DNA of 56,392 bases, filler included, from Sphacelaria rigidula (lineage: Eukaryota), in assembly GCA_964200075.2 (NCBI GenBank). It is 6 parts of 6 records of this genome, joined end to end, with 100 filler letters (N's around TTAATTAATTAA, not from the genome) between each part and the next. Parts side by side here need not be neighbours in the genome. Positions count along the whole stretch, not along the records: positions 1 to 9,316 come from CAXNAA020008765.1; positions 9,417 to 18,732 come from CAXNAA020008766.1; 4 more parts are not named here. One strand, given 5' to 3'. The notes under the pieces were generated by a model. The model searched no databases and had not been told where the DNA came from. It worked only from the letters and a program-made list of their open reading frames with translations. The position numbers and the translations under genes are program-made. Positions 1-10,494 of the stretch are shown here, one piece after another (the stretch's first letter is position 1; each line of letters starts with the position of its first letter).

Positions 1-1637
1 GACCTGTCCGCCGCCGGTTATGTTCCGTGCGCGCCGGCTGGCGGTGTCGGTGGGGGGAACCAATTTCGATCGCTCTCATGGAGAGTTTTTCAGACCCATG
101 CTTTACCTTTTCATTGCGCTAGACCCAAAAAGAAATGTGGTTTGGAACAAGAACGATTAATAACACATTTGTCAACTCAGCCCGTAAGTCGTTCAATATT
201 GAGCGGGGATATGATTTTTGTCACGGAATGTGGAGCGGATGCCTAGTGTTTCCCGATCCCCAAAATTTGGGATTAAGTGTAGACTCGAATGAGCGGTAGC
301 ACGCGAAAACACTTTTGAAAATCGCTGACTACGAAAAAATTATTGACGTCTCCTATTTCAGCTGAAAACAAAGTATGTGGAGCAACAAAACGCGTGGACA
401 GGTGAAGTTTTCCCTGGGCAAGTCACGATCACACACACACGCCAGAACACAACGAAATCCCGCGAAGATGGGCATTTGCTTCAAGTTCTGGAACGCAGGC
501 CAAGAACGCTTGGGAGTAGTAATGGCACGAACAGAACCAGATGATGATGGTGAAAAACGACGGCGACAGCAACACGATGCAGAGCCATACTCGGAGGACG
601 GCCGGGGGGGGTTGTGCTCATGCAAAGGTTTATGTTGATGCATGCAGAGCTAGGACCCGTCAGCGCTACTATGAATAGTGACAGGCGGGAACAAACGTTT
701 TGAGAGTTATAAATACCTGAAGAGGGGAACACGGCATAAGATGATCGCGACATAAGTTTGCACGACTCGAAAATGCTCTACATTTGGCTGGGGGGGAGCG
801 ACACGGTTGGCAGCGGTAGTTCTTTCCACATTTACCATTCAGAGAAGGTAGATGCGAGTTTTATGTAGTTATGGTGTATGTCCGTGGTGTATGTCCGTAA
901 CCAATGTATCAAGAAATCGTCAACGAGGTATCGGCGGCGTTGGCCACGGGTGCAGAAGCACGGGGCAACCATAACAATACCTGGGGGGGAAAGGTGGGGG
1001 CGAGTCAGACAGAGAGAGAAGGAGAAGAAGAGAAATCGAGCGAGAGAGAGAGAGAGAGAGAAGGGGCGTCAGATGCGGCAAATAGCGTCGGAGGCGGGAG
1101 ATACATGGAACGGAGATTGGCGAAAAAACTGAAAATACGACAGTGGCATACCGGGGGGGGGCGGAGTGTGTGGTATACAAAATACAGAACGGACACACGC
1201 GGGGCGCGAGAAAAATATCAATACCCAGTTCATTCTCGAAGAACATCGGAGAAACGTGGTGGATCTGGGTTTGCAGAGTGGTCATCGCAAGGAGATGTGC
1301 GGGTATGAAAGAGCCGTTAAGACGAATGAGACGGAGGATAACGAGGTACAAGATGGGGGTCTAGAGACAGATGCGGCACACAACGAAACACCCTCCCACC
1401 TATGCTGTTCTCGTTTTTGAAGGGGCGAGATGTAGTAAAACGATACGGTGATATGATTGGGGAGAAGGGTGTGTGGTATGCACGGGATGGTGTACAGGCG
1501 ACTACAAGGGTCATGACCTCTCGTTCTCTCAACAAACATGGTTCGCCGCGACAGTGTCTATCGGAATAACTTCATGAAAATTCGGACTCGTGGAACTGGG
1601 GAGTGTGAAACGACCTGCTCCACGTCGTTATTTCCAT

Positions 1638-1715
1638 CCCCCCCTTCATGCGATTCAATGGTCAAACGACTAAGGCAAGCAACAAATGAGTACGCCCCCC
1701 CCCTTCATGCGATTC
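1638..1715 (+). mobile_element. Extremely 5'-truncated (~40 bp) LINE 3'-end insertion flanked by a 19-bp target-site duplication
   Basis: CCCCCCCTTCATGCGATTC occurs at 1638-1656 and again at 1697-1715. The insert AATGGTCAAACGACTAAGGCAAGCAACAAATGAGTACG matches 9417-9485 and the 3' end of the LINE RT at 17878-17950. Confidence 0.8.
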
Positions 1716-1719
1716 GCCA

Positions 1720-4700
1720 AACACATCACGGCGCTTGGAGCTTGGTGATTGCAATACTGGTCCGGCGAAAACCCGGTGTGCGCCGTCTCGGTCTTACGAC
1801 TACAGCATGCAAAAACATGAACACATCCCCCTGCTCGGCCATATAACAACCCTACGGTGCGCCATTGCCTTTCAGGTGCAACACTGGACGCAAGTGAAGA
1901 TCATTGCCCCCACTTGGACATGTGGTGGAGGTATCCTTAGTCCGATCACGAAGGAGGTCGCACAACGAAGTCGCAGGGAAGTGGATGCACAACCGGCGCA
2001 CTTTTGTGCCCTCGCCGGTGCATCCTAATTTCCAGGGGACATTACATCAGCCATTTCATGGCACAACCGTTGCGGCGGTACGACTGATACCACGGGGTGA
2101 CCTTGATGCGCCTACTGGGTGTACTGGGGTGGACAGGGAGTTGGTGCCTCGAAGTATCACACACTATACCCTCAGGGGAAGCATTTTTGTCGGTGGTCTT
2201 CCCAGATGACAACGGTGCGGTGCTTCGTTGAAACTACGTGCAGTCTTAGCGATCTCTCTCCCTCTCTATTATTTCTCTGCATTTACAATGGGGGGGGTTC
2301 GGGTCAGCGAGGGGTGAATAGTGGCTTGGCAGCCTTGTAGAAATCCTCTCACGCATCTGAATTGCCCCGTCGCTGTGGTCAATCATGCAGGAGGTTCTTC
2401 CCTGGACAGTACAGGAAACCCGTAGGGGAAGGAGGTTACATTAGTCCAACGGATGACCAAGAAGCGGTGGCGTTCGGGTAAAACAAATGTGTTGCATCGT
2501 GCAAGTGGTACGTTCATAGAGGGAATGGTCTACCGGCGGTTATCAGCAGATTGTCCGTGGTCAAGTTTTTTTCACCGGATAATCGGGATTGATTTGCCGC
2601 TCTCACCATTTCCTGAAGGTGTTGAATGCCTGGATAAGCAGAAAGACGGCGCTTCATGGAACGGGGACGCGTGTTTGAACACCTCTGACTCGGGTAATAT
2701 CGCGGTAAGGTCGATATATGGTCGATACGTCAAGAATCGCAGCCTAAGGATATCCCTCTGTGCATCGCACTTTATTCTGTGCCGAGGGTCCGAATTATTT
2801 GCATGAGGTCACGTCAAAGCCCACAGAAGCTCGCTTTGACTATAAAGACACGACGCTTTATAGCGACAGGCATTCAGCGGTACAGTCCCGACGACTGGTG
2901 AGCTGTGGATGTCAAGGTTCGACTTAGTGCGCATAAGTGGAACCGATAGCAGTTGGGGTTGGTTCTCGAACAAGGACGGGTGTGTTGCGAGTTCGCGGCG
3001 CGTTCCCTTCCGAGGCTCGTGTGCTCGAGGCAACGAATGCCGCAGCGTCTGCATCGGCAGCCGAAGGCGGGAGCGCCGTTAGCTGGATACGCGTCGGGTT
3101 CAAGGTCAGAAGTTCGTCCTGGTCGTCATACTACATTGGCGATAATGTCGATTATGATGCAACAAGGAATTCATACCGCGTTAGTATGTGCTTAAACCTC
3201 GGGTCGTACAGGAGGCCCGACGAGCTAGCTCGGCAATAGCCGGCATTCATCTAGAAGCGATTCAACGAGAATGTTCGTGCAGTGGCGCAATGATGCCATA
3301 TACGCGTGCTATATTGGGGCATTGGAGGGAATTAAAAAAGCGACGTCAGTGCATGAGGTACCAGAATGCTCCAGCGCGGTCAACGGTCTCAATACGGGAT
3401 GCCCGCGATCGACTTTAAACGTTGGGAACAGCACCCAGTACCATTACGCAGTTCCTCCGAATTTACGACTATATTGGAAAGGCAAATGCAAAAACTAAAA
3501 GGGAGAAACTGAAGGATTGATCACAAAAATATGTATAGGTTTGTGAGCAGGGATGTACAAATGCACATGACTGATCGGGAGTGAGCGTGATTCCCACACA
3601 GGAGACAATTTGCGTGCGTGGTCGAGCAGGATGCATGAGGAGCGGCACTTCCACGCCCACATTTCTTTTGGTTGCGATTTTTGTTCGCTTACTTCCTCTG
3701 TCTCATAAGTTAGGGTACCTATGGGCAATACGCTGTCTGGGTACAACCGTGCTAGTGAGGATAGTATTGTCGGGTTTCTCAGAAAGATTAAACAAATACG
3801 AATCTAAAACAAAAAAAAACAGAGTTCTATTCCTTCGCCTCAAATGGGTTAAAACATACCCTATTTTGGCCTATTTTGGGAATATTTTTGAGAATGTTTT
3901 TTGAGAATGTTCTTGAGAGTTCTCGAGAAATACAAATGGTCCAAATTTAGTACCCTACGTGCCCACTACACCATTCTGGCGATGGACTCGCCCCTCAGCA
4001 CACCCCCACCTCGCAAACGGGGCGCCGAGATATCAGTTGGTGACCGATACGCAATGGCGACAAAGGTTTTCGACACTTTCTTTCCCGTGGGAAAGGCGTG
4101 AAATACGGCCATTTTTGCGCCGACTGATTTGTTTTCGGCCGTTCGTCCGCATGGTTCAAACAACGGCTGCAAGAAAAAAACACATGTTTTTTACTCGAAA
4201 AATGCCGAAGATTTCAACAAAAAGATTGAAAAACAGATCGGACACGGTTGAGGGCCCGTACCATTTCAGGTACCCTAACTTATAAGATAGAGGAAGTATT
4301 TATTTATCATAGCTTGGTGATACGTATCTTGTTGAAGCATATGGTTCAGGTTCATAACACGCTTTAACCCTCGCTGGCAATGGTCCTGCAGCTGGATCTT
4401 ACAGGGCTTTCTCAGAGATTTCGACGGGCAAGGTCATGACATGAGGGGTACGAGGAACCTGAGGTCAACAGCTAGTTCACGGCACACTGTGGAATGTGTT
4501 CGCAACGAGTATGATGAGCTCTTTGACCACAAGGGTGGGTCATCTGGATCAATTCAAATGAGAATGATCCGATTTAACAAATAACCGATCCAAACAGTCA
4601 ACGGGCTATCCCATTGACTACCAGCATCGTTTCTGAACACTTTCACCGGCTGATGGTCCAGGGACTCCAACACTATGGACGCGGGAGCGGTGTGCGGGTT

Positions 4701-5480
4701 CCCCGATCGTCAGGGAATGCTTCCGAGATAAACCATGTGTGTTTTCAGGAAATTTACAGGTCAGTCAGCAGGTCTACAGACGGGTGAATTTTCCAGTTTG
4801 ATTGATTTGGTTGATGGAATGATCCATCAAGTTTCCCTACAGATCGCCGAACATCGCCCACCTGGACCTGAAGCCGATTTTACCATTTCACTATATCAAC
4901 CGTAGGCGCACGAAAGAGACGGTGCTTTTTGTTTTCTCGGCAGTCTTCGACACCTACCCAATCCCTATCGTGCTGCAAAGAGCTCCGCACTGGTGTTGTA
5001 AAATACTGAGCAGAGATGAACCACCATACGTGTGTGCTGTGTACAAGGGAGGGCGAGGGCAACGTACTCCTGTATTGCTAATATCTAGATGCTGATGAAA
5101 CAAGTCTGTCTGTACGGTAGAGCAGCAGCGGGCACCACAGAGTATGATTGAATTGTTGTGTCATGCAGCGTGATATCGAAACACGAAGGAGGTGCGCCAT
5201 CAACGCGTTGAAAGTACCTAGACTGCTCAAGCAAGGCGGGAAGGAAGTATGTGTTGTGACTCCCTCGCAGCATTGGTGGTCGCCAGCGTGCACCACGTAC
5301 TTACGCGTGACAGCAGGTACAGCCCACTCGACACAAAGAGATTGCACACTCAGGTGGCTTGCCAACAAAAAACGGTCTGGGGTCCCCAAGCACTAATTTC
5401 CTTCAAATTCCCATCATTCCTTTTCTCAGATAAATTGCCGTACTGCGCCACTTGGAAGACAACACATCTCGAGCCAAATT
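1720..5480 (-). mobile_element. Highly degenerate non-LTR retrotransposon (LINE) ORF2 relic, APE endonuclease then RT, interrupted by a MITE
   Basis: Minus-strand translation has many stops. APE-like remnants: VAQYGNL..KEISAWGPQTVFCWQAT (~5440-5350), AMFGDL* (~4855, GDFN-like), PSCHDL (~4440, SDH-like). RT-like remnants: LTYRPYIDL (~2720) and GQFRCVRGFLQGCQ (~2365-2325). Boundaries are approximate. Confidence 0.45.
3692..4296. mobile_element. Tc1/mariner-type (Stowaway-like) MITE, 605 bp
   Basis: 29-bp TIRs CTTCCTCTGTCTCATAAGTTAGGGTACCT (3692-3720) and AGGTACCCTAACTTATAAGATAGAGGAAG (4268-4296) with 2 mismatches. TA flanks both sides (3690-3691, 4297-4298). No transposase ORF. Confidence 0.85.
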
Positions 5481-5934
5481 TGACAACGGGCGATGTTGGA
5501 CGATCTGAACAGGGCTGGCGGTCAGAGGATCGAGAAACAGACGAGGCAGTAGAGCAGATACAGGAAGGCGAGGAACAGGCGGTGGCCTGGCAGCTGAGCA
5601 ATTTCGTTTGGACGCCGTCCTACTGTCTGGTCGAGGACCTGGGTGCGCACAGGGGGGTTAAATGAATACACCATCACCATCGCCTGCACTCCGCAGATGC
5701 AACCAAGGAACTGGTTCATCCCCTTGCCCACGAACTTGTCTCTTGGTGATCGGGGCTTACTAACTGCGGGCCCTCCTACGGGCAGTACGTGTGGATCTTG
5801 AGTGGATACGGTACTGACATACAATACAGTCTGTGCGCGCTAGGACGGGGCGGAGCCTCACAGATTCTTCAAGGACGACCCCCTAGATTAATACTGCCCA
5901 TGAACACGCCGACCACGAGGAGAAACTGCGCAAG

Positions 5935-6200
5935 TCGGACAGCTCGTGAGCTAGCTCACCTGTGAGCTGTAGCCCACTTGTCGTCAAACATGTGCAGATG
6001 ACCTGCGCCCGATAGCTCGTCCAGGACAAACATACGTTGCTGATGTGGCTCTCACAGCTCACCCCTGACCAGACATGCGTAGCTCATGCAACTCTCATAG
6101 CTCACCCACGGAAAACATGCGTAGCTCATGTAGCCCTCATAGCTTGGTAGGGAGCTACGCTGAAAAAGAGCTAGCTTGGGCTACCGGGAGCTGATCTGTC
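5935..6200. repeat. AGCT-rich degenerate ~43-bp tandem repeat
   Basis: Units of the form ACATGCGTAGCTCATG..CTCATAGCT at ~6073 and ~6115, with further decayed copies on both sides. Confidence 0.6.
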
Positions 6201-6724
6201 TGATGTGTGAAAACCTTTAACATAGTTTTGCAATACTGACTTGATTGGGTGATTTCTTGTAGTGCATTAGCTGATCTCTCAGGGACCCAGGCGCGGCCTC
6301 AAGATAGATGTACCCAAGGGCAGCAAAACAGAACGCTTACTTGAATAAAAAAGCGGAAAAAACAAAATATACGTAAAACGAAATGGAACTGGAAAAAAAC
6401 AAAACAAGAACAGAAACAAGGTCCCACCAAGCAGAGAGAGGAAATGCACAAACAAGCTAGGAAGGAATGTAGGCATGTATATATAACGCGAAACGACTCA
6501 AGATCGAACAAGATTGCAACCAGAATCGTAGCTTCGCCACAAAGCTACTGTCGAAGCCACCGATCCCTGCTGAAAGGGTATTTTGCTTGGATTTTGGACT
6601 GCTGACAACAACGCCCATTGGCGACACGTTGTGGCCTAACTTGGGCGGCTGCTTCACTGGGATATAGTCGACAGCATGGGAGCACCGAATCTTAGTCAGC
6701 GGTCCCGTGTAATAGCAGCAGGGG

Positions 6725-9230
6725 GCTGTCGCTACCGCCTCACCCAGGTGTGTAGCCCGCGAGCAATGTGTGGATAGGCCCAAGGGTATTGTGCCCGATC
6801 TCGACGGTTCAGAGGTACAACGGGCTAACTTCGCCGCATTCACCTTTTCAGTCGACGTTGGCCAATAGGACCAGCGAACAACGGGAGCACAAGTCGGCCA
6901 CACGTCGACACATGACTACGAGGTTGGTACCTAATCAGCTCTCACCCGAGCTTCCAACAACCCCGCACGGTTGTGGAGCGTGGCGGCCAAGCTTGGGTGC
7001 TCCGGGCCGAGAAGCTTCTCCTGCATCGCCTGGCACTGCTCGTAGAGTGCCTCGGCCTCGGCCTTTTTGCCCTGCAATGTAGTACACGACGCAGAAGCAG
7101 CATACAGCAATCAGCATACGACCTACAACGGCAGCGAGACCCTCACGTCACTGCCCCGCTGAGGTGTGCAGTCAGCGAGCCATGTGTGTACAGGGTCAAG
7201 GGTACTGTGCCCGATCTCGACCGCCCAGAGGTATGGCGGGTTGGTATTACAGTATTCATCATATCAGCCAACACTGGCCCATATCACCAGCGAACAACAT
7301 GACGACACACAATGTCGTGCACGCGTCGACACATGACCACGACAAAGTTCCATCTGTTTTCACCTGAGCTTGCAACAACCCCGCACGGTAATAGAACGTT
7401 TTGGCCAAGTCCGGGTGCTCAGGGCCGAGAAGCTTCTCCTGCATCGCTTGGCACCGCTCGAAGAGTGCCTCGGCTTCGGCGTACGCGCCCTGCAATGTAG
7501 TACACGACGCAGAAGCATCCTGCCATGGTCAACATCGGACCCACAACGGCTGCCAGAAGCTCGCGCCACTACCCCGCCCAGGTGTGCAACCGGCGAGCGA
7601 TGTGCGTACTGGATCAAGGGTACTTTGCCCCATCTCCACGGCTTAGAGGTGCGACGGGTTGGAATTGCCGCGTTCACCCTGTCAGTCGACCTCGGGCCAC
7701 AGGACTAGCGAACAACGCGGACACCAACATGTCGCTCACACGTCGACCCACGACTACGACAAAGTTTCAACGACTCTCACCTGGGCTTGAAACAAGCGCG
7801 CACGGCTACCCATCGTTGCAGCCAGGTCAGGATGCTCTGGGACAAGAACTTTCTCCAGGATCGCCTGGCACCGCTCGAAGAGTGGCTGAGCCTCTGCGTA
7901 CTTGCCCTGTAATATAGTTCGCGATGCAGAAACATTCCAGAACATACAACGTCAGACCTCCGTACAACGGTGGCCCCAAGCTCGTGCCACCGCCCCTCCT
8001 AGGTTTACAGCCATCGAGCGTCATGTGTGCAGGGCCGAGGATACTATGCCCGATCCCGACGGCTCATGGGTGCATTGGGTTGGCCACGCCGCACTCACAC
8101 TGCCATTCACCGTTGGCCAACAGAACCAGCGAAGAGCATCAACACCACACGACGCTGATCACCCGTTGACACACGACTGCGATAGAGGTACAACACTAAC
8201 CTGGGCTTGCAACAACCTCGCATGGTTGTGGAGTGTGGCGGCCAAGTTTGGGTGTTCCGGGCCGAGAAGCTTCTCCTGCATCGCCTGGCACCACTCAAAA
8301 AGTGGCCCCGCCTCGGCGTACTTGCCCTGCAATACAGTACACGACGCAAAAGTAGCCTGTAACAGTCAACGTCGGGCCTACAACGGCGGAGAAACGCTCG
8401 AGTCACCGCCCCGCAGGTGTGAAATCGGCCTCCGATGCGTGCAAAGGCCAAGGGTACTAGGCCCGATCCCGATGGCCGAGAGGTACGAGGGATTGAACTC
8501 CCCGCATTCACCCTCTTGATCAACACAGGTCCACCAGCGAACAGCATCCAACACCCCACACAGCCCTTCACACAAACACACGACACCGAAAACGTTCCAT
8601 CGGCTCTCACCTGAGCTTGAAACAAACCCGCACGGTTATGGATCGTTGCAGCCAAGGTCGGGTGCTCGGGGCCTAGAATCTTCTCCTCGATCGCCTGGCA
8701 CCGCTCGTATAGTGGCTCAGCCTCAGCATACTTGCCCTGCAATGTATTATACGAAGAACCAGCCTAGAGCAGTGAACACCAGACCCAAGACCGCCGAGAG
8801 ACATATGCGCTACAGCCTCAGTGAGGTGTTCAGCCGGCAAGTTATGTGTGTACAGGGCCAAGAGTACTCTGCCCGATCTCGACGACTCAGAGGTACAGCG
8901 GACTGGTCTCACCGTACTCACACGGTCCGCTCACGTTGGCCAATAGAATCAGCGAACAACATCGACACCACACGAAGTTCACACGTCGACACACGTCTAC
9001 GAGGGAACTCCGTCAGTTTTTACCTGAGATTCCAACAACCGCGCACGGTTACCCAGCGTTACCGCCACGTGTGGGTGCTCAGAGCCGAAAGCCTTTTCCT
9101 GTATCGCTTGGCACCGCTCGTACAACGCCTCAGCCTCTGTGTACTTGCCCTGCCATGTAGACACGCGGCATAAGCATTATGTTGCAGTCAACGTCCGACC
9201 TATTGCAGCAGCAAGGACACTTCCTACGAT
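6725..9230. repeat. Tandem ~415-bp exon+intron unit, about 6 copies
   Basis: Exon spacings are 418, 417, 420, 410 and 413 bp. Introns share blocks such as AGGTGTG, GGCCAAGGGTACT.TGCCCGATCTCGACGG, GTTGGCCAA..G.ACCAGCGAACA and CACGTCGACACA. Confidence 0.9.
6946..9149 (-). CDS. Six TPR-repeat exons (42 aa each) of a probable NB-ARC-TPR / kinesin-light-chain-type TPR protein; partial gene
   Basis: Exons in transcription order: 9149-9024 GKYTEAEALYERCQAIQEKAFGSEHPHVAVTLGNRARLLESQ; 8736-8611 GKYAEAEPLYERCQAIEEKILGPEHPTLAATIHNRAGLFQAQ; 8326-8201 GKYAEAGPLFEWCQAMQEKLLGPEHPNLAATLHNHARLLQAQ; 7906-7781 GKYAEAQPLFERCQAILEKVLVPEHPDLAATMGSRARLFQAQ; 7489-7364 GAYAEAEALFERCQAMQEKLLGPEHPDLAKTFYYRAGLLQAQ; 7071-6946 GKKAEAEALYEQCQAMQEKLLGPEHPSLAATLHNRAGLLEAR. 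Each is exactly 126 bp, phase 0, stop-free, with a CAG acceptor and GT donor. The NB-ARC part is not in the window, so that assignment is inferred. Confidence 0.92.
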
Positions 9231-9316
9231 ACCCCCCTCCCCCCCCCCCCACCCCCCTCCCCCCCCGGCATCGCGAGGCGCGAGGGGGGCGGAGCGAAGG
9301 GGGAAAGGAACACAGA

Positions 9317-9416
9317 NNNNNNNNNNNNNNNNNNNNNNNNNNNNNNNNNNNNNNNNNNNNTTAATTAATTAANNNNNNNNNNNNNNNNNNNNNNNNNNNN
9401 NNNNNNNNNNNNNNNN
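9317..9416. other. Artificial contig linker (N44-TTAATTAATTAA-N44); also at 18733-18832, 28148-28247, 37563-37662, 46978-47077
   Basis: Identical 100-bp spacer with stops in all six frames. The flanking contigs are 9315-9316 bp, consistent with a size-sorted concatenation. Confidence 0.98.
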
Positions 9417-9485
9417 TCGAAAGGGATGCGTGGTCAATGGTCACACGACTAAGGCAAGCAACAAATGAGTACGCCCCCCCCCCCC
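9417..9485 (+). mobile_element. LINE 3' terminus with C-run tail at contig start
   Basis: TCGAAAGGGATGCGTGGTCAATGGTCACACGACTAAGGCAAGCAACAAATGAGTACG followed by C11; near-identical to 17878-17950. Confidence 0.8.
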
Positions 9486-10248
9486 ATGCCTGACACTCAA
9501 TTGGGTGACTTTTAAATATACTGAAATGGTGTACCGCGTGGCAACTGTTGGCGCTGGCCAGGGCGTAATCTCCTGCTAGTCATATGCATGTGAAATTGTC
9601 TCAGAGTTGGGTCGCTCATCTCCGAGAAAGAAATCTGGTCTCGGCACCAGGGAAACGATTTGCGCCTTCCGCATCAACAAGCGATGGCCGACACAAATAC
9701 GTCGCCATGATTCAGGACGCCTCAAAAACCTCTTTGGTTGTCCTGAGGACCTGCGGCGCGTCAAGGGTTAGGACCAAGGTTATTTCTCCCCCAGCGGGTC
9801 AAAATGTCGAAATCATATGTCGCTGTACTTCGATTGGAATGAAGCAGAAAAAAAAAATGATGATGATGAAAAAAATCCTTCGGAGGATGACGCTAGTTCA
9901 CAATAACTAGTGTCTTTGAGATACCTTGTTGGGTGTATTGAGGAGCACCGGTATCGGAAAAGAGGGGCAAGGAAGGAGTGGCATGCCTCTTTCACCGCCA
10001 ATCACCGCTTTCCTCTGTCTCCCGTGAAATACCGAAGACATATGTAGCTATACAAGAATTGGAATTAAGTACATTGGGGAAAACATAGGAAATCGTATAG
10101 AGGATGGCTCTAGTTTACACCAACCAGAGCGTTCGAGATATCTCACTGGTTGTTCCGAGGAGTACCGGTTTCGAAAAAGGGGGGTAAGGGACTAACAAGC
10201 CTCATCCACTGTCAATCATCAGTTTACTCTGTCTCCCGTGTTCACCAG

Positions 10249-10494
10249 GCTGTAGAGGCGTTAGATCCAGACCGCGATGTCGACGGCTTCATCGAAAGGC
10301 GTAGGAACCCAGAGAACGCGCCCCTGTACGGAGTTGCCCTGTGCCTCCTCGATTGGGCCATGGTGGACTCCGGTCGGGATAGCATCGCAAAATCACAAAC
10401 ACAACAGCAGCAAAAGCAGCAAGCCGAGAAGCGGCAAGGTGGTGTTGGAGCAGGAGAAGCAGCCAGGAGCATCGACAGTCGGGGCGTGGGTGAG
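10249..10494 (+). CDS. Isolated internal exon; its start resembles the C-terminal end of an F-BAR/FCH domain, followed by a Q-rich linker
   Basis: Polypyrimidine tract plus CAG, then AVEALDPDRDVDGFIERRRNPENAPLYGVALCLLDW..QQQQKQQ.., then GTGAGC. The F-BAR resemblance is by eye only. Confidence 0.55.

Noticed and set aside
353-1540. Several 60-140 aa ORFs around a (GA)n tract
   Set aside because: Low complexity, with no recognisable domain or consistent splice structure.
6768-9173. Plus-strand ORFs repeating GPRVLCPIST...LANRTSE
   Set aside because: These are antisense readings of the duplicated introns. Frames shift and stop between copies.
6725-9230. Regularly spaced repeats considered as a CRISPR-like array
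   Set aside because: The units are spliceosomal exons with homologous introns. There are no unique spacers or cas genes.
9361-9372. Recurrent TTAATTAATTAA at ~9.4-kb period, suggesting a regular repeat or array
   Set aside because: It is embedded in N-runs and is an artificial six-frame-stop linker.
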